Shown here piece after piece: positions 15,678 to 26,474 of a stretch of 50,142 bases of DNA. A program made the position numbers and the translations under genes. Position 1 is the stretch's first letter; every line of letters starts with the position of its first letter. Under the pieces are notes generated by a model. The model was given only the letters and a program-made list of their open reading frames with translations, made no database searches and had not been told where the DNA came from. Origin of the DNA: Candidatus Fimivivens sp. (lineage in GTDB: Bacteria; Bacillota; Clostridia; Oscillospirales; Ruminococcaceae). The stretch spans positions 1 through 50,142 of the forward strand of contig DALYYK010000001.1 in NCBI GenBank assembly GCA_031983305.1, read 5' to 3'.

Positions 15678-18600
15678 GCCATCGCCTCCTTCATTTCTCG
15701 AACTTCGCCACGCAGCTCTTTAACCGCTTCAACCAGCATCCCGATAACGCCGTTATAATTCAGACGCAGACGCTCTTCATTACTAATGTGATCGATATCG
15801 GAGGTGACCAGCTCCGGCTGCACGTCCTGAAATTGCTGAGCCACTAGACCAGCGGATTGGGAGTAGCCATTGATACCCTGCATCTCATACAGGACGCCGT
15901 CGATTTTTTCTAGCTTATCCAGCGCGCCATCAATCTTTTTAATGTTGCGCTTATTACGACGGTCAGAACGGATGTAAACATCGTTAAAGCTGCCATACCC
16001 AGAAGCTGTCCAATTGCCGCCATTGTCAAGATATGCGCAGTAGTCGTAGCCATTTTCTGTACGGGATTTCTCGAACCCATAAATGCCGAATTGAGAGTTG
16101 CCCAAACCTCCTAAAACGAAATCCCTGTCAGGGTGTTCCTGACGAACTATAGGAGCCGCATTGCCTGTTGCCAACGGAACGGTACCCTGTAGAGCGGAGC
16201 CAGTTCGCATATTGATCCATGCGCCTGGATTAGTGGGTATAGTTATGCTCCCGGCAATATTCATAGCACCATTAAAGTTGGCGCTGCCATAAACATTTAC
16301 GCCCTGATTAAGTGTCGCTAAACCATTAAAGTTCGCAAAACCGCTTACGTTAACACCCTGCCCGAGATACGCTACTCCACTACTATTTTCGAAATAGAAG
16401 GGTCGGAGGTTATTCCAGCCACCATTTTGATCCCCAGCATTGGTTAAAAGGAAATAGGTGTTTGCTCCGTCATTTCGGATAAACATTCCATAGTTTCCAG
16501 CTTTAATGCGGTAGCCATTCAGACTAGAAGTTATAACCTCCCCATATAATTCGCCACCCGAAGTTGGGTAAGCCCCAAGCTCTGCAGGCGTTGGCTTATT
16601 GCCGGAATGGTAAATTGGTTGATCGCTATAGGACAAAAGGCCGTTATTTTTCAGCTGAAGAAACATACCTGAAGTTGTGTTTTTTAAAAACGCATCTCCA
16701 CTACCAGTACCCATTATCAAGGTTGTCGTACCAGAACCTTGGGCGGTGAAGTATCCATTAGCCGTAAATCCACGGTTTGAAATCACCCCACTCTCATTAA
16801 GAGTAAGCGTCGTGTTGTGAATATAATTACCTAGGGTCACATCATCAGCGCCAGAACTTCCGTTTCCGACATACCAGCGCGCAGCACCATTCTCTGCTCT
16901 CCCTCGAAGATAAAGCGCCTGGTTAGCCGATCTGCGCTGCAAGTAAAGCGCTTCATCGTCATACGACACAACACCCATTTGCCCAGCCATAACGCCACCA
17001 TTATTTGGCAATGCCCCTATATCAGCTGGTGAGGGCTTAAAGCTGGTGGTGTAAATCTGTTCGAATCCTTGCTCAAAACCGAACTGGTCACGAGATGAAC
17101 GGTAGAAGAGACCGCCATTCTTATAGTGGGCCTTGAGCTGAAGTGATGGGCAACTTCCGGTATTGGTATTGAAATGCGCGATACAAACAGAATCACCTGA
17201 ACGTTGACCGTTATAAACACCAGTTTTCCCATTCCATGGTACGCCAGTATCATCAATAACGGTTGCTGTAAGACCTGAAGTTACGGCACCAACATCATCT
17301 GCGGTCAACACAACATCGGATGTGCCATCAAATGCCTTCCCAGCAATTTTTCGTGCCGAAAGCAGTTTGGTCGCGCTGACAGCGTTGGCATTTAATCCAA
17401 GATAGCGAACATCGAAGTTGGCATAATCACCAGGAAGGATTCGACCAGGAGCTGTAAATTCGCCAGTCGTTCTGAAGACAAAATTTCGCTGCTCCTGCGC
17501 GGTCTTGTCAATCAATAGCAGATGCCACTCCATAGAGTTGATCAACCATCCGAACGAACCAGACCATGACTTATCGCCTACGGTGACTTTCTGCTTCACA
17601 AGTGGGTGAAATTCGCTTGTACCGGTAGTGGTGATGTCTTGATAAAAAGCAGCATCAGTGCCGTACTGCTGGGCGAACATCCGGCCACCTGTATATCCCG
17701 CAGTAACTCCTTTGTTAAAGACAGCACTGCCTGGGGCCACAAGATCTCCAGGTAACGCAACTGCTTTAGCTGAGTCAGCAAACAAAAAGGTCTTGTCTGT
17801 GCCCTGGATCTCGTCCAAGAGAGCGTCTGCATTTGCTTTAGACAGCAGATCACGCATAAATACCGCAATTGGGGCAAGAGACATCTGGTTATTGTCAGAA
17901 AGGTACATGAACTGATCACTGGCGGTGCTATCACCTAGCGCAGAGATTGATGTCAGTATTTCGGAGTAAGGCTGCCCACCATTTACGGATTTAGAAGCGG
18001 CGGCCTCAGCGCGTGAAGCAGATTCAGCAGCACTAACCTCTGAGGCTGAAGCAGATTCTGCTTTGGCAGTCGCCACCGATGCTGCATTTTCGGCGTCAAC
18101 TTTGGCATGAACTGCTGATGCTTCAGAAGCGGCAGCATTTACCGCCGCCGTTGCAGCGTTCGACTCGGAGGATTTTGAGTTAACCTCAGAGGTTGCGGCT
18201 GCGGTTTCTGCTCGGGATGCAGCTTTTTCAGAAGTAAGGGCATTATTGGCAGCCTGTTCCGCTGCAGCCTCAGATCTTCCTGCATTGGTTTCAGAGCTTT
18301 TGGCCGCAGCTGCAGAAGCAGAAGCGTTACGCTCTGAAGCTATCGCTTGGGCTTCAGATCCTGCTGCGGCTAATTGAGAGGCTGCAGCTGACTCAGTCGC
18401 TGCTTTAGCACTCTGCTCTGATATCTGCGCATTGGCTTCTGAAACTTCGGCCTCGGACGCCGATCTACTTGCGGCAGAAGCAGAGCTTACAGCGTCCTCT
18501 TTGGCCTTAACAGCAACAACCTCAGATGAATGTGCGTTTGCTTCTGAATTTTCTGCATTGGCTTCAGAATTTGCCGCAGCATTCATCGAGTTAAGTGCAT

Positions 18601-19303
18601 TAGCTTCAGAAAGGGACGCAGCTTTTGCTGATCTAGCAGCACTTGCCTCTGACGCTTCAGAGCTTGCCTCCGAAGCTTTTGCATTTGAGGCAGATGTGCC
18701 GGCATTTACCTCCGAGACGGCAGCTGAGCCTGAAGAGGCTTCCGCCTTATTTGCAGAGGCTAAGGCATTGGCTTCGGAGGTTTTGGTGGCGCTTTGGTAG
18801 ACCGCGGCCTCCGCAGCACTCTGAGAAGCGGCCTTAGCCTTGTCTCCAGCGGCATCAATTGCGGCTTGATTACTCTCAAACCATGACATGCTTTTGTCAT
18901 GCTCGTCTACCATCTGCAAGAGCGATTTAATAGTAATCAGTTCGCCAGTTTCAGTAATTAAATTAGCTGGTTTTCCTGAAGTTAACCACGCTCGAATTAC
19001 CCCGGAATCGGTGGTCATGCGTTGTAGCATCGCTGAAAATCGCGCACTAAACTGGCTAATATCGCCTTCATAGGTCGTGATTATACGACAAGGCGCATCA
19101 ACAGCTGTTTCGCCGGTATAGGCTTCTACCAGAGTCAGCGCTGTGTTTGATTGGACAGATTTGATCTCATGTACTGAGCCGTCCGGCCCCAGCAAGATCA
19201 TTCCCGGCAATACGCCATTTTCCGTTTTCGACCAATTAGTCCCTTCGCCAGTGACGGCGCTGGAATCTTTGACCAAGGTGAGAGTACCTTCCCTGTACCA
19301 CAT
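15674..19303 (-). CDS. Side tail fibre with C-terminal intramolecular chaperone (peptidase S74)
   Basis: MWYREGT N-terminus, Ala/Ser/Glu-rich Stf-like stalk, fibre knob repeats, and IRSDRRNKRNI…GLVAQ…LNYNG chaperone domain. Confidence 0.92.
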   Translation of the reverse strand: MWYREGTLTLVKDSSAVTGEGTNWSKTENGVLPGMILLGPDGSVHEIKSVQSNTALTLVEAYTGETAVDAPCRIITTYEGDISQFSARFSAMLQRMTTDSGVIRAWLTSGKPANLITETGELITIKSLLQMVDEHDKSMSWFESNQAAIDAAGDKAKAASQSAAEAAVYQSATKTSEANALASANKAEASSGSAAVSEVNAGTSASNAKASEASSEASEASAARSAKAASLSEANALNSMNAAANSEANAENSEANAHSSEVVAVKAKEDAVSSASAASRSASEAEVSEANAQISEQSAKAATESAAASQLAAAGSEAQAIASERNASASAAAAKSSETNAGRSEAAAEQAANNALTSEKAASRAETAAATSEVNSKSSESNAATAAVNAAASEASAVHAKVDAENAASVATAKAESASASEVSAAESASRAEAAASKSVNGGQPYSEILTSISALGDSTASDQFMYLSDNNQMSLAPIAVFMRDLLSKANADALLDEIQGTDKTFLFADSAKAVALPGDLVAPGSAVFNKGVTAGYTGGRMFAQQYGTDAAFYQDITTTGTSEFHPLVKQKVTVGDKSWSGSFGWLINSMEWHLLLIDKTAQEQRNFVFRTTGEFTAPGRILPGDYANFDVRYLGLNANAVSATKLLSARKIAGKAFDGTSDVVLTADDVGAVTSGLTATVIDDTGVPWNGKTGVYNGQRSGDSVCIAHFNTNTGSCPSLQLKAHYKNGGLFYRSSRDQFGFEQGFEQIYTTSFKPSPADIGALPNNGGVMAGQMGVVSYDDEALYLQRRSANQALYLRGRAENGAARWYVGNGSSGADDVTLGNYIHNTTLTLNESGVISNRGFTANGYFTAQGSGTTTLIMGTGSGDAFLKNTTSGMFLQLKNNGLLSYSDQPIYHSGNKPTPAELGAYPTSGGELYGEVITSSLNGYRIKAGNYGMFIRNDGANTYFLLTNAGDQNGGWNNLRPFYFENSSGVAYLGQGVNVSGFANFNGLATLNQGVNVYGSANFNGAMNIAGSITIPTNPGAWINMRTGSALQGTVPLATGNAAPIVRQEHPDRDFVLGGLGNSQFGIYGFEKSRTENGYDYCAYLDNGGNWTASGYGSFNDVYIRSDRRNKRNIKKIDGALDKLEKIDGVLYEMQGINGYSQSAGLVAQQFQDVQPELVTSDIDHISNEERLRLNYNGVIGMLVEAVKELRGEVREMKEAMA

Positions 19304-19472
19304 ATTTTCTCCTTAACGCTTCAGCTATCCTTGCTTCAGCAAACAATGAAAGACAAACTTTCAAGTAGGTAGATGATTACCTATTTTTTGCCCCTCATCA
19401 ATACGAACTGTACGATTTAAAAGGGGTTTTTAACTATGCCCCCCTTTAATTGCAAAGAGGGACTAATTTTCG

Positions 19473-22400
19473 TTACATCAGCCCCATCCTCACCCTTAAG
19501 ACGTTGTTCTCGTCATACACCTCTATACGGTTATTATTTATAACCATCCGCCCTGCACCACCACTGTTGCCATTCATCTCAAAGGTTCCGTTTTTTGAGA
19601 TACGCCAGCCAGCATTAGCTGTAACATAGTTGGTGGACTGTAGATCTCCGATCTTGGCGTTATCGATAGTGCCGTTCTTAATATAGGCACCGTTCATATA
19701 AGCAACGCTATTTTCAATTACGAAAGGCGTTGTCACATTGCCATCAACAGAGTTAACCAGCCCAAATCGATCCGCACGAATTAAAAATTGCGACACACCG
19801 GAGCCATCGATACCTAAAGCAATGCCAGCGGCATACTTCACTCCGTTATAAGCCGATGTTTCCATTTTCAATGTCCATGAAGCAGACACTTTATAATTAA
19901 CATCAGCCACAGCCTGTGTAGTTTGCTGCACGGTAGCCGAAACCGAATCGGTCTTAGCGTTAACCGTATCAACTCTCTGGCTGAGAGCCGCATCAGCATT
20001 TGCTCTGGCCGTAGCCTCACTATTAATCGAAGCAGCTAAATTGTTTGCTTGAGCCTGTAACCCAGAAATATTTCCTGCCATTGCTGAATCAGCATTTGCC
20101 CTAGCTATTGTTTCTGTAGCTATGGCCGCATTGATGTCGGTGGCTGTTTGGGCCTTCAAGTTATCGATGCGGCTACCAAGCGCGGAGTCGGCATTGGCTC
20201 GAGCCTGAGTTTCTGAAGCTACCGCAGCGCTGATGTCAGAAGAGGTTTGGGCCTTAAGAGAGTCGATTCGGCTACCCAGCGCCGAATCAGCGTCTGCACG
20301 CGCCTGCATCTCTGTAGACAGCTGTGCTTTAACCTGATCGTTTACTTGAGCACTCAAAGCAGTAATTTGTGAGGACAGCGCGCCATCACTGTCTGCTCTG
20401 GTTTTTGCTTCCGTATCTAGGGCAGCCCTAATGTCGTTATTTACCTGGGCTTCCAAAGAGGTGATTTGCCTTGATAGCGCACTATCACCGTCAGCCCGAG
20501 CCAGTTGCTCAGTAGTTAATGAGGCTTTAATGTCATCATTAATGTTGGCCTGAAGTTGAGTAATTCGGCGGGACACCGCTTCATCTGCGCTCGCGCGAGT
20601 CTCTCTTTCCTCAGTCAGCTTGGCCGCAATATCTTCGCCAATCTCAGCCTTCATCTCTTCGACTCGCTTCGAAACAGCCGAAACGTCATTCGCAATAGCT
20701 TGCTGATCAGAATTGATTTGGGCATTAGTGGCAGACTGCTGATGTCTGTTTTCTTCCTGGCGAAGCGCTACATCAATATTAGCTATCGCGTTAGCTTCAA
20801 GGCTGGAGGTCCACTGAGAAGTGGACTTCTGTACGTCAGAGACAGTTTTCTGCATCTCGTTGATACTGGCTTTACCGCTATCGACCACAGACGCCATAGT
20901 GTCGATTTTTTGCCCCAAGGCAGAGTCTGCTTCCACACGAGCTTTTTGCTCTTCAGCAATAAGCGTCTTGCTGTTATCCAGAGCAGCCTGAGCCGCCTCA
21001 ACAGTGGTTGCCACTGCTTCGCTTTGCTCATTCACCGTCTCTTGCAGATTCAAGACTTTGGCGGCGGCTTCATCCATCTCCGCCAGGGCGTCCTCTACCT
21101 TTTGTTGTGTCTCTCCCACGCTGGTCTGAAGGTCTGTCTGGGCTTGCTCCATGCCCGTAAGCGATCCTTTCATCTCACTGACTGATTGAGAAAGGCTATC
21201 AACCCCTTCATCTACCTTCGCTTCAAGCGCTGCCACATCGATAGCTGTTGCTTTCCCATCAATATCAGCAAGAAGCTCCTTCCCTAATTCGGAAGTAGTG
21301 ATTTTGTTTTTTAAAAAAGAGAGCACATCTTTCGTTGTGGCTTCGGTTCCCAGCGAAGAGTTTGGCTGACTTACCATGCCGCGCTTGTTGACAGCACGCA
21401 CCCAATAGAACCACGTTTCATCGTCACCCAGCCCGCTATGGGTGAATGTTGTCGATGTAACCGCCGCAAACAGAGACGCGGTGGTGAGATCGTTGGTGCG
21501 AGAGGCATAAACGTTGATTTTGTCGATGTCAATTGTGCCCGGCAGCTGCCATGCCAGAACGTTGACGCGATAATCCCCGATCGCAGTGAGAAGCGTGGGC
21601 GCATCTGGTGGCATCATCGTTCCAAGAGTGGTGTACACCATGGAAATGACGCTGGAACGTCTGCCCGTGGCTGAAATCGAGTACAACTCGATGTCATACA
21701 TGCCATTCTCAGCAGCGTTTAAAATATCGAACTGCTCAGTCTTAACTTCTGTTGTAACCCAATCTTCAACAACATCGGAACGACGGTAACGCAGCACATA
21801 CGAAGGTGACTTGCCCTCCCAACTCACCATCAGTTTTACCGAAAGGTTGCCTGGAGAAGAAACATATGTGCCTTCGGTCACCTGCAGGTTTTCAGGGGTT
21901 GAGAAAGTCGGGTCGAGAATGGTCGTCTTCGACGGAACGAGAGTAGCACCTTCATCGATAGCGTTAAACTTCGTAGGGTTGTGCTGCACACCCACGATGT
22001 CAAAGGCACCCTTCTCCTCATTCTGGTTAACGGCCAGCACACGCAGCAGCATTGGCTCCAGATTAGGCTCAATTACTGACCAGATCCCCATAATCGCTGG
22101 GTATTCTTCTTCAGTTAATGCCTTCTTGAAGGTGACAACAGTGTATTCGCCAGCGCCTTCAATAAGGTCACGATCAATCATCTTCCCTTTAGCACTCAGG
22201 AAAGACACCGTGTTACCGGCTTTCGACAGTTTTACAGAGGCATCGAGCGTGATGCTGTTTTTGGTGTAGTTCACCAGACGCCCGGAATTTCGTTTCCCTG
22301 ATCGGAACTTGTCTTGCAGCTTTACCAGCTCGCCTGGCATGAGCAGCGATGCGTCCATACCAGAGGTGAAGGTAATCAGATCTGTTTCCATGCGGTTGCT

Positions 22401-23819
22401 GTAAAGCGTCCAAAGCCCCACGCGGTGAGCCTGGCCACGGCTGGTACAACCAAAAGCTACTGATTCTGTCTTACGTACACCAAAGCGCTTAATGCCCTCT
22501 TCATCTTCAACGTACTCGATGTTCTGCTTGTACAGGTCATCTCTGTCGTTGTAGGTGATGAGAGCTACAGTTGCGCGGTCTTTGCGAGAAGAACCTTTGT
22601 AGGATACTTTGCCAATGATGTTCGCGGCACTGAACTGCATGACCGGGCTACTTGGGCTATCCTGCATGATGTTAACCATGCCACCAGCCCAGAAAATCAT
22701 CCCCCGGAAAGTCGATACGATGTCCTGAAGAACCTTGTACGCCTCACCGCGTGAATTAATTACGGTGTTAATTGCGAAGCGCTTCTCCTTGCCCCCGAAT
22801 CCATCATTAATCAGCTCATCGCAATAGCGCCCGATCTGGTAAAGCTGGCCGATGTTGATCATTGATTCAGTGACGTACTCACCCAGGCCATAGCGCTTAC
22901 TGGTGAGCAGGTCGTACAAAATCCAGGCAGGATTGTCAGATACCATTAAACGGAAGGTTCCATCCCAATCTCCCGAATACGTACCAAGCACCGGGTCATA
23001 GTTGGACGGAACGCGGATTTCCATACCCGAGACCAGGTAGGAACGCGCCGGCACAGAACTACCAAATTGCTGCGAGTCGATTTTAAGACCAACAAGCGCA
23101 CTGTTCGGGTAGTTAAGTTTTGTACTGACTATTTCACCGTACTGACTGAGCCAGGTCTGATCCTGGATATAGTCAGTGGTGCTATCAGCGGTCACGCGGC
23201 TTACGCGAATGCGATAGTTTGAGCCTGGCTTGGGCAGATCAAAGAGATATTCACGATAGTGTTTGCCGCTGGACTTTTTGCTCAGCGTAACGACATGTGA
23301 GGTATAACCTTGCGGTTTAATTGGCTTAAACGAGGTAGTGCCGTATGCGATCTCAAACTGGAATTGAACGGTCGTACCGTGGGTGTCGCCCGACTTCTGA
23401 TCCGTTTTGGTCAGTTTCGGGAACATCATAATGACACGCACCTGGTCAGAATCATCGTTGTCGATCTGAATGGTACGGGGGGTAGACAGCTTGATTTGGA
23501 CGCCTACATCATGCGGTGTTTCAACCGCATCAAAGCCCTCGATCACTGCCTGATTCTGTGTTCCATCACGAAACCACCAGGTAACCCCATTGAAGTTACT
23601 GGTGCCGTCCGGGTTTAGAATTGGGACATTGTCGAGGAAAATTGACTGGCCGCCATTGATCAATCCACCAATCTTTCCCTCACCAAGAAGGTCAAGGATT
23701 GAGGCGAGTGATCGCGACTGAACATTATCTTTGTCTTCTACAGGCGTGCGCGCGGAACCGCCGCCCTTGCTGCCACCGCCAGAACCGGCGAGCAGGCGGC
23801 TTTCTTTAACAGTTGCCAC
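19473..23819 (-). CDS. Central tail fibre / host specificity protein J
   Basis: LLGEGKIGG, YPNSALVG, DNPAWILYDLLT, GCTSRGQAHR, FN3 domains and a C-terminal FLIRADRF…IDNAKI region; likely GTG start at 23819 after AAGGGAG. Confidence 0.93.
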   Translation of the reverse strand: MATVKESRLLAGSGGGSKGGGSARTPVEDKDNVQSRSLASILDLLGEGKIGGLINGGQSIFLDNVPILNPDGTSNFNGVTWWFRDGTQNQAVIEGFDAVETPHDVGVQIKLSTPRTIQIDNDDSDQVRVIMMFPKLTKTDQKSGDTHGTTVQFQFEIAYGTTSFKPIKPQGYTSHVVTLSKKSSGKHYREYLFDLPKPGSNYRIRVSRVTADSTTDYIQDQTWLSQYGEIVSTKLNYPNSALVGLKIDSQQFGSSVPARSYLVSGMEIRVPSNYDPVLGTYSGDWDGTFRLMVSDNPAWILYDLLTSKRYGLGEYVTESMINIGQLYQIGRYCDELINDGFGGKEKRFAINTVINSRGEAYKVLQDIVSTFRGMIFWAGGMVNIMQDSPSSPVMQFSAANIIGKVSYKGSSRKDRATVALITYNDRDDLYKQNIEYVEDEEGIKRFGVRKTESVAFGCTSRGQAHRVGLWTLYSNRMETDLITFTSGMDASLLMPGELVKLQDKFRSGKRNSGRLVNYTKNSITLDASVKLSKAGNTVSFLSAKGKMIDRDLIEGAGEYTVVTFKKALTEEEYPAIMGIWSVIEPNLEPMLLRVLAVNQNEEKGAFDIVGVQHNPTKFNAIDEGATLVPSKTTILDPTFSTPENLQVTEGTYVSSPGNLSVKLMVSWEGKSPSYVLRYRRSDVVEDWVTTEVKTEQFDILNAAENGMYDIELYSISATGRRSSVISMVYTTLGTMMPPDAPTLLTAIGDYRVNVLAWQLPGTIDIDKINVYASRTNDLTTASLFAAVTSTTFTHSGLGDDETWFYWVRAVNKRGMVSQPNSSLGTEATTKDVLSFLKNKITTSELGKELLADIDGKATAIDVAALEAKVDEGVDSLSQSVSEMKGSLTGMEQAQTDLQTSVGETQQKVEDALAEMDEAAAKVLNLQETVNEQSEAVATTVEAAQAALDNSKTLIAEEQKARVEADSALGQKIDTMASVVDSGKASINEMQKTVSDVQKSTSQWTSSLEANAIANIDVALRQEENRHQQSATNAQINSDQQAIANDVSAVSKRVEEMKAEIGEDIAAKLTEERETRASADEAVSRRITQLQANINDDIKASLTTEQLARADGDSALSRQITSLEAQVNNDIRAALDTEAKTRADSDGALSSQITALSAQVNDQVKAQLSTEMQARADADSALGSRIDSLKAQTSSDISAAVASETQARANADSALGSRIDNLKAQTATDINAAIATETIARANADSAMAGNISGLQAQANNLAASINSEATARANADAALSQRVDTVNAKTDSVSATVQQTTQAVADVNYKVSASWTLKMETSAYNGVKYAAGIALGIDGSGVSQFLIRADRFGLVNSVDGNVTTPFVIENSVAYMNGAYIKNGTIDNAKIGDLQSTNYVTANAGWRISKNGTFEMNGNSGGAGRMVINNNRIEVYDENNVLRVRMGLM
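19945..20633 (-). repeat. About 7 tandem 33-aa (99-bp) coiled-coil repeats in J
   Basis: Units such as DISAAVASETQARANADSALGSRIDNLKAQTAT. Confidence 0.85.
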
Positions 23820-23972
23820 CGAAAATCTCCCTTTTTGGTGCAATTTATTTGTGATCGCTGGCATCCTGCCGGCGCTTGGCTGGGTATCAACCTCCTGTCA
23901 ATGCCCAACTGTTTTACTTAATTTACCCTAGCCACCATCGCAAACGTCTAAGTCTGGCGTAGCGGTTATGCA

Positions 23973-24602
23973 CTAAAGCATCTGCTCAACTGACATCTTG
24001 ACGCTGACAATCTGGGAGCCGACTAAAATCTCTTTACCGTAAATGAGCGGTACGGGGTTGCCTTGAGATACTGTATTTTGCGGCCCATCAAAGTAGTACG
24101 AGTCTTTATTATCAACGGTCGTCATTTTATTTGATGGCTGCTTGGACAAGAGCGCTGCGACACCACCGAAGGCCATAGCAAAACCAGCAGAAAACATTGC
24201 CAATGAAGCACCACCGGTTACTGACGATGCAAACACTGCCACTACCATCAAAATAACACCAACAACAACCTGAACTGCACCGACAACCTTTGATCCAGAG
24301 CCACGATAAATTGGCGTGATTCTGATCGATTTCATACTGCCGTTATTTTCCATTTGGAACTCGGCTTCGCTCATATCGTAGACTGCACCATCATGACGCT
24401 CGACAGAAATATGATACTTCTGATATTTCTTAGCGTTCATCTTCATCCAGGTTACGAGACCAGGGCGATTACAGTCAATAATACTTACTGCGCGCCGGAC
24501 AGTATTTGCAGCAACGCGATGAACCTTGCCAAAGTTTTTACCTAAAACTCCACCTAATTCGACAGTGACAAGTTTAGGCTTATCCATAGCCATTTCACTC
24601 AT
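23973..24602 (-). CDS. Tail assembly protein I
   Basis: LGGVLGKNFG ubiquitin-like N-terminus and NTVSQGNPVPLIYG. Confidence 0.9.
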   Translation of the reverse strand: MSEMAMDKPKLVTVELGGVLGKNFGKVHRVAANTVRRAVSIIDCNRPGLVTWMKMNAKKYQKYHISVERHDGAVYDMSEAEFQMENNGSMKSIRITPIYRGSGSKVVGAVQVVVGVILMVVAVFASSVTGGASLAMFSAGFAMAFGGVAALLSKQPSNKMTTVDNKDSYYFDGPQNTVSQGNPVPLIYGKEILVGSQIVSVKMSVEQML

Positions 24603-24611
24603 TGTCTTCCC

Positions 24612-25388
24612 TCACATTAAATCCTTGTGCCTCAAATGGTGCGTAGTGTGCTTTTCGTACATCCCGCCATAAATTGCTTTACAGCTTAATCTATCCATTT
24701 GATGATGCAATATCATACCATCGCCAATGTATACTGCACAGTGATCAGGAACTTGCGATGCCAACTGCATGAAGAAAATGTCGCCACTTTGACGTGGGGT
24801 CCCCGGTGGCAATCTTATAAGATCCTGCGACTGGAAGTTGTCGTTTAAAATATCAAACCCTTTTTCCCACCACGATGGGATATGCAACTCAGGGCAGACG
24901 CCAATAGCCACATTTTTCTCACGCTTTAAATAATCTCGGCACAGCAACCAGCAATCAAATACCCCAAATGCGTAGGGTCTTCCCTCATAAGGCATTTCAA
25001 ATCCAGATGGCTTGATCACGTTTACATCACTAAAACGATACTCTGCATCAATTTCAGGATTGTAGTTTTTGCTGATGTTGATAATAAACCACGGCAACTC
25101 TGATGCTTCACAACCAGACATATCTGCCTCAGATGCCTGATTATCCTCGTCAGTATGCGAATGCCAAACACCCACTACCTCGCCAGCTCTCTCAGCTGCA
25201 ATTTGGTCTTCGGCGTGCATGACAAAATAGTTTTCAGGATCATCAGCGACGTTTCGGCAAAGAATTAAATCATATTTGTTCGCTCTTGTATTAACAAGCA
25301 GGCCGCAAGCCTCATTCGGATATTCCTGCAAAGCGGCAAGGCGCATAGCGCCAAGCAACCTTTCATTCATCATTTCATTCTTCATCAT
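24612..25388 (-). CDS. Tail tip protein K (JAB/MPN + NlpC/P60)
   Basis: PNEACG, WHSH, GRPY…DCW and HCAVYIGDG..LHH. Confidence 0.92.
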   Translation of the reverse strand: MMKNEMMNERLLGAMRLAALQEYPNEACGLLVNTRANKYDLILCRNVADDPENYFVMHAEDQIAAERAGEVVGVWHSHTDEDNQASEADMSGCEASELPWFIINISKNYNPEIDAEYRFSDVNVIKPSGFEMPYEGRPYAFGVFDCWLLCRDYLKREKNVAIGVCPELHIPSWWEKGFDILNDNFQSQDLIRLPPGTPRQSGDIFFMQLASQVPDHCAVYIGDGMILHHQMDRLSCKAIYGGMYEKHTTHHLRHKDLM

Positions 25389-26083
25389 GCGCGGTTTGCT
25401 CCGGGGAACCCGCCAAACGCAATGATGCCGTTGGCAAAGTAATTAATCCGAGCACGGCACGATGACAATCGCTTGGTGCAATAGTCGGCGCTGGCCAGTT
25501 TGGTTGGCGCATCATTTTTGTCAAAGTAGGGACCAGTATAACCGCACTCAGCGCTTCGATACCGCCACTGGCATGAGTTTTTGACAATCTGGCGGTTGGG
25601 TAGCATAACCCCCATCAGATCGAAGGCTGAGGCAAGCTCAAACTCAACAATCTCGCGATCCTCAAAAGTCTTCTGGTCGATGTACCACATCTCATCGGTA
25701 AAATGCTGGTTCGCGTCAGCTGTTGGGTTGCCCTTAGTAAAGTTGGCAGCATCTAAAAATCGAGCGAGCGTGACTCGACGAATCAGCTTACAGCCGATCA
25801 AATCCTCATTCGACTGAACTTCAGCCGAAATTATGCCATCGAGGTTACTCACCTGCAGTTTTGGTCGCGGTAACTTGCCCTGGCCATTTTTATCGAAACC
25901 AGATGCCGCAATTGGCCATGGTTTATAGGTTACCCCCTGCCAAATAATTGGTTCAGAAAGTTCGTTGGTTCCTGCATGAAAATACAGCTTCCCACCGCTG
26001 GTAGTTACTGACATATCCAGCTCAAACACTTCAATCAGCGCACTCGGTTGGAGCGACTGAATACTTGATGCAATAGTTTCCAT
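25385..26083 (-). CDS. Minor tail protein L
   Basis: CQWRYRSAECGY…CTKRLSSC…FGGFPG Fe-S cysteines. Confidence 0.95.
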   Translation of the reverse strand: METIASSIQSLQPSALIEVFELDMSVTTSGGKLYFHAGTNELSEPIIWQGVTYKPWPIAASGFDKNGQGKLPRPKLQVSNLDGIISAEVQSNEDLIGCKLIRRVTLARFLDAANFTKGNPTADANQHFTDEMWYIDQKTFEDREIVEFELASAFDLMGVMLPNRQIVKNSCQWRYRSAECGYTGPYFDKNDAPTKLASADYCTKRLSSCRARINYFANGIIAFGGFPGANRA

Positions 26084-26131
26084 TTTCTGTCTTCATCCTT
26101 GAAGATTAGCCCCCATCCTTGGGGGGTTTTG

Positions 26132-26464
26132 TTACTCAAATACCTGGCGGAAAGTTGTGGTCAAGGTCGCGTACCCTCGTGAGTTTTTGACCTTATGGCT
26201 ATCGCTCACCACGACAACCTTCTGCCCGTTTGGTGAAGTCCAGTTAAATGACTCCACCCCGCCGCGCGCATACAGGAAGTCGTCGATCTCCTGCATCTCA
26301 GCTCGTGTACCCTGGAATTGCAGATCCCAGCTGGATTTGCGCCAGTTCAAACCACTGGTTACACGTTGCTCATACCCTTCGTTGAAGGCGAGCCGGGTTA
26401 CTTCCGGCTTCACCTCCTTCTCAGAATCAAACAACGGGAACCAGGTAAATGTCGTCCGTGACAT
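26132..26464 (-). CDS. Minor tail protein M (distal tail)
   Basis: F.EGYEQR…GLN…FL.ARGGVESFNW…TFRQV. Confidence 0.92.
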   Translation of the reverse strand: MSRTTFTWFPLFDSEKEVKPEVTRLAFNEGYEQRVTSGLNWRKSSWDLQFQGTRAEMQEIDDFLYARGGVESFNWTSPNGQKVVVVSDSHKVKNSRGYATLTTTFRQVFE

Positions 26465-26474
26465 TACCCACTCC

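Noticed and set aside
17990..18860. CRISPR array or DNA tandem repeat
   Set aside because: Degenerate Ala/Ser/Glu coding periodicity of the tail fibre stalk; no identical repeats with spacers.
15201..19303. Invertible tail fibre cassette (Cin/Gin) or diversity-generating retroelement
   Set aside because: No invertase, reverse transcriptase, inverted alternative fibre ends or template/variable repeat pair was seen in the window.
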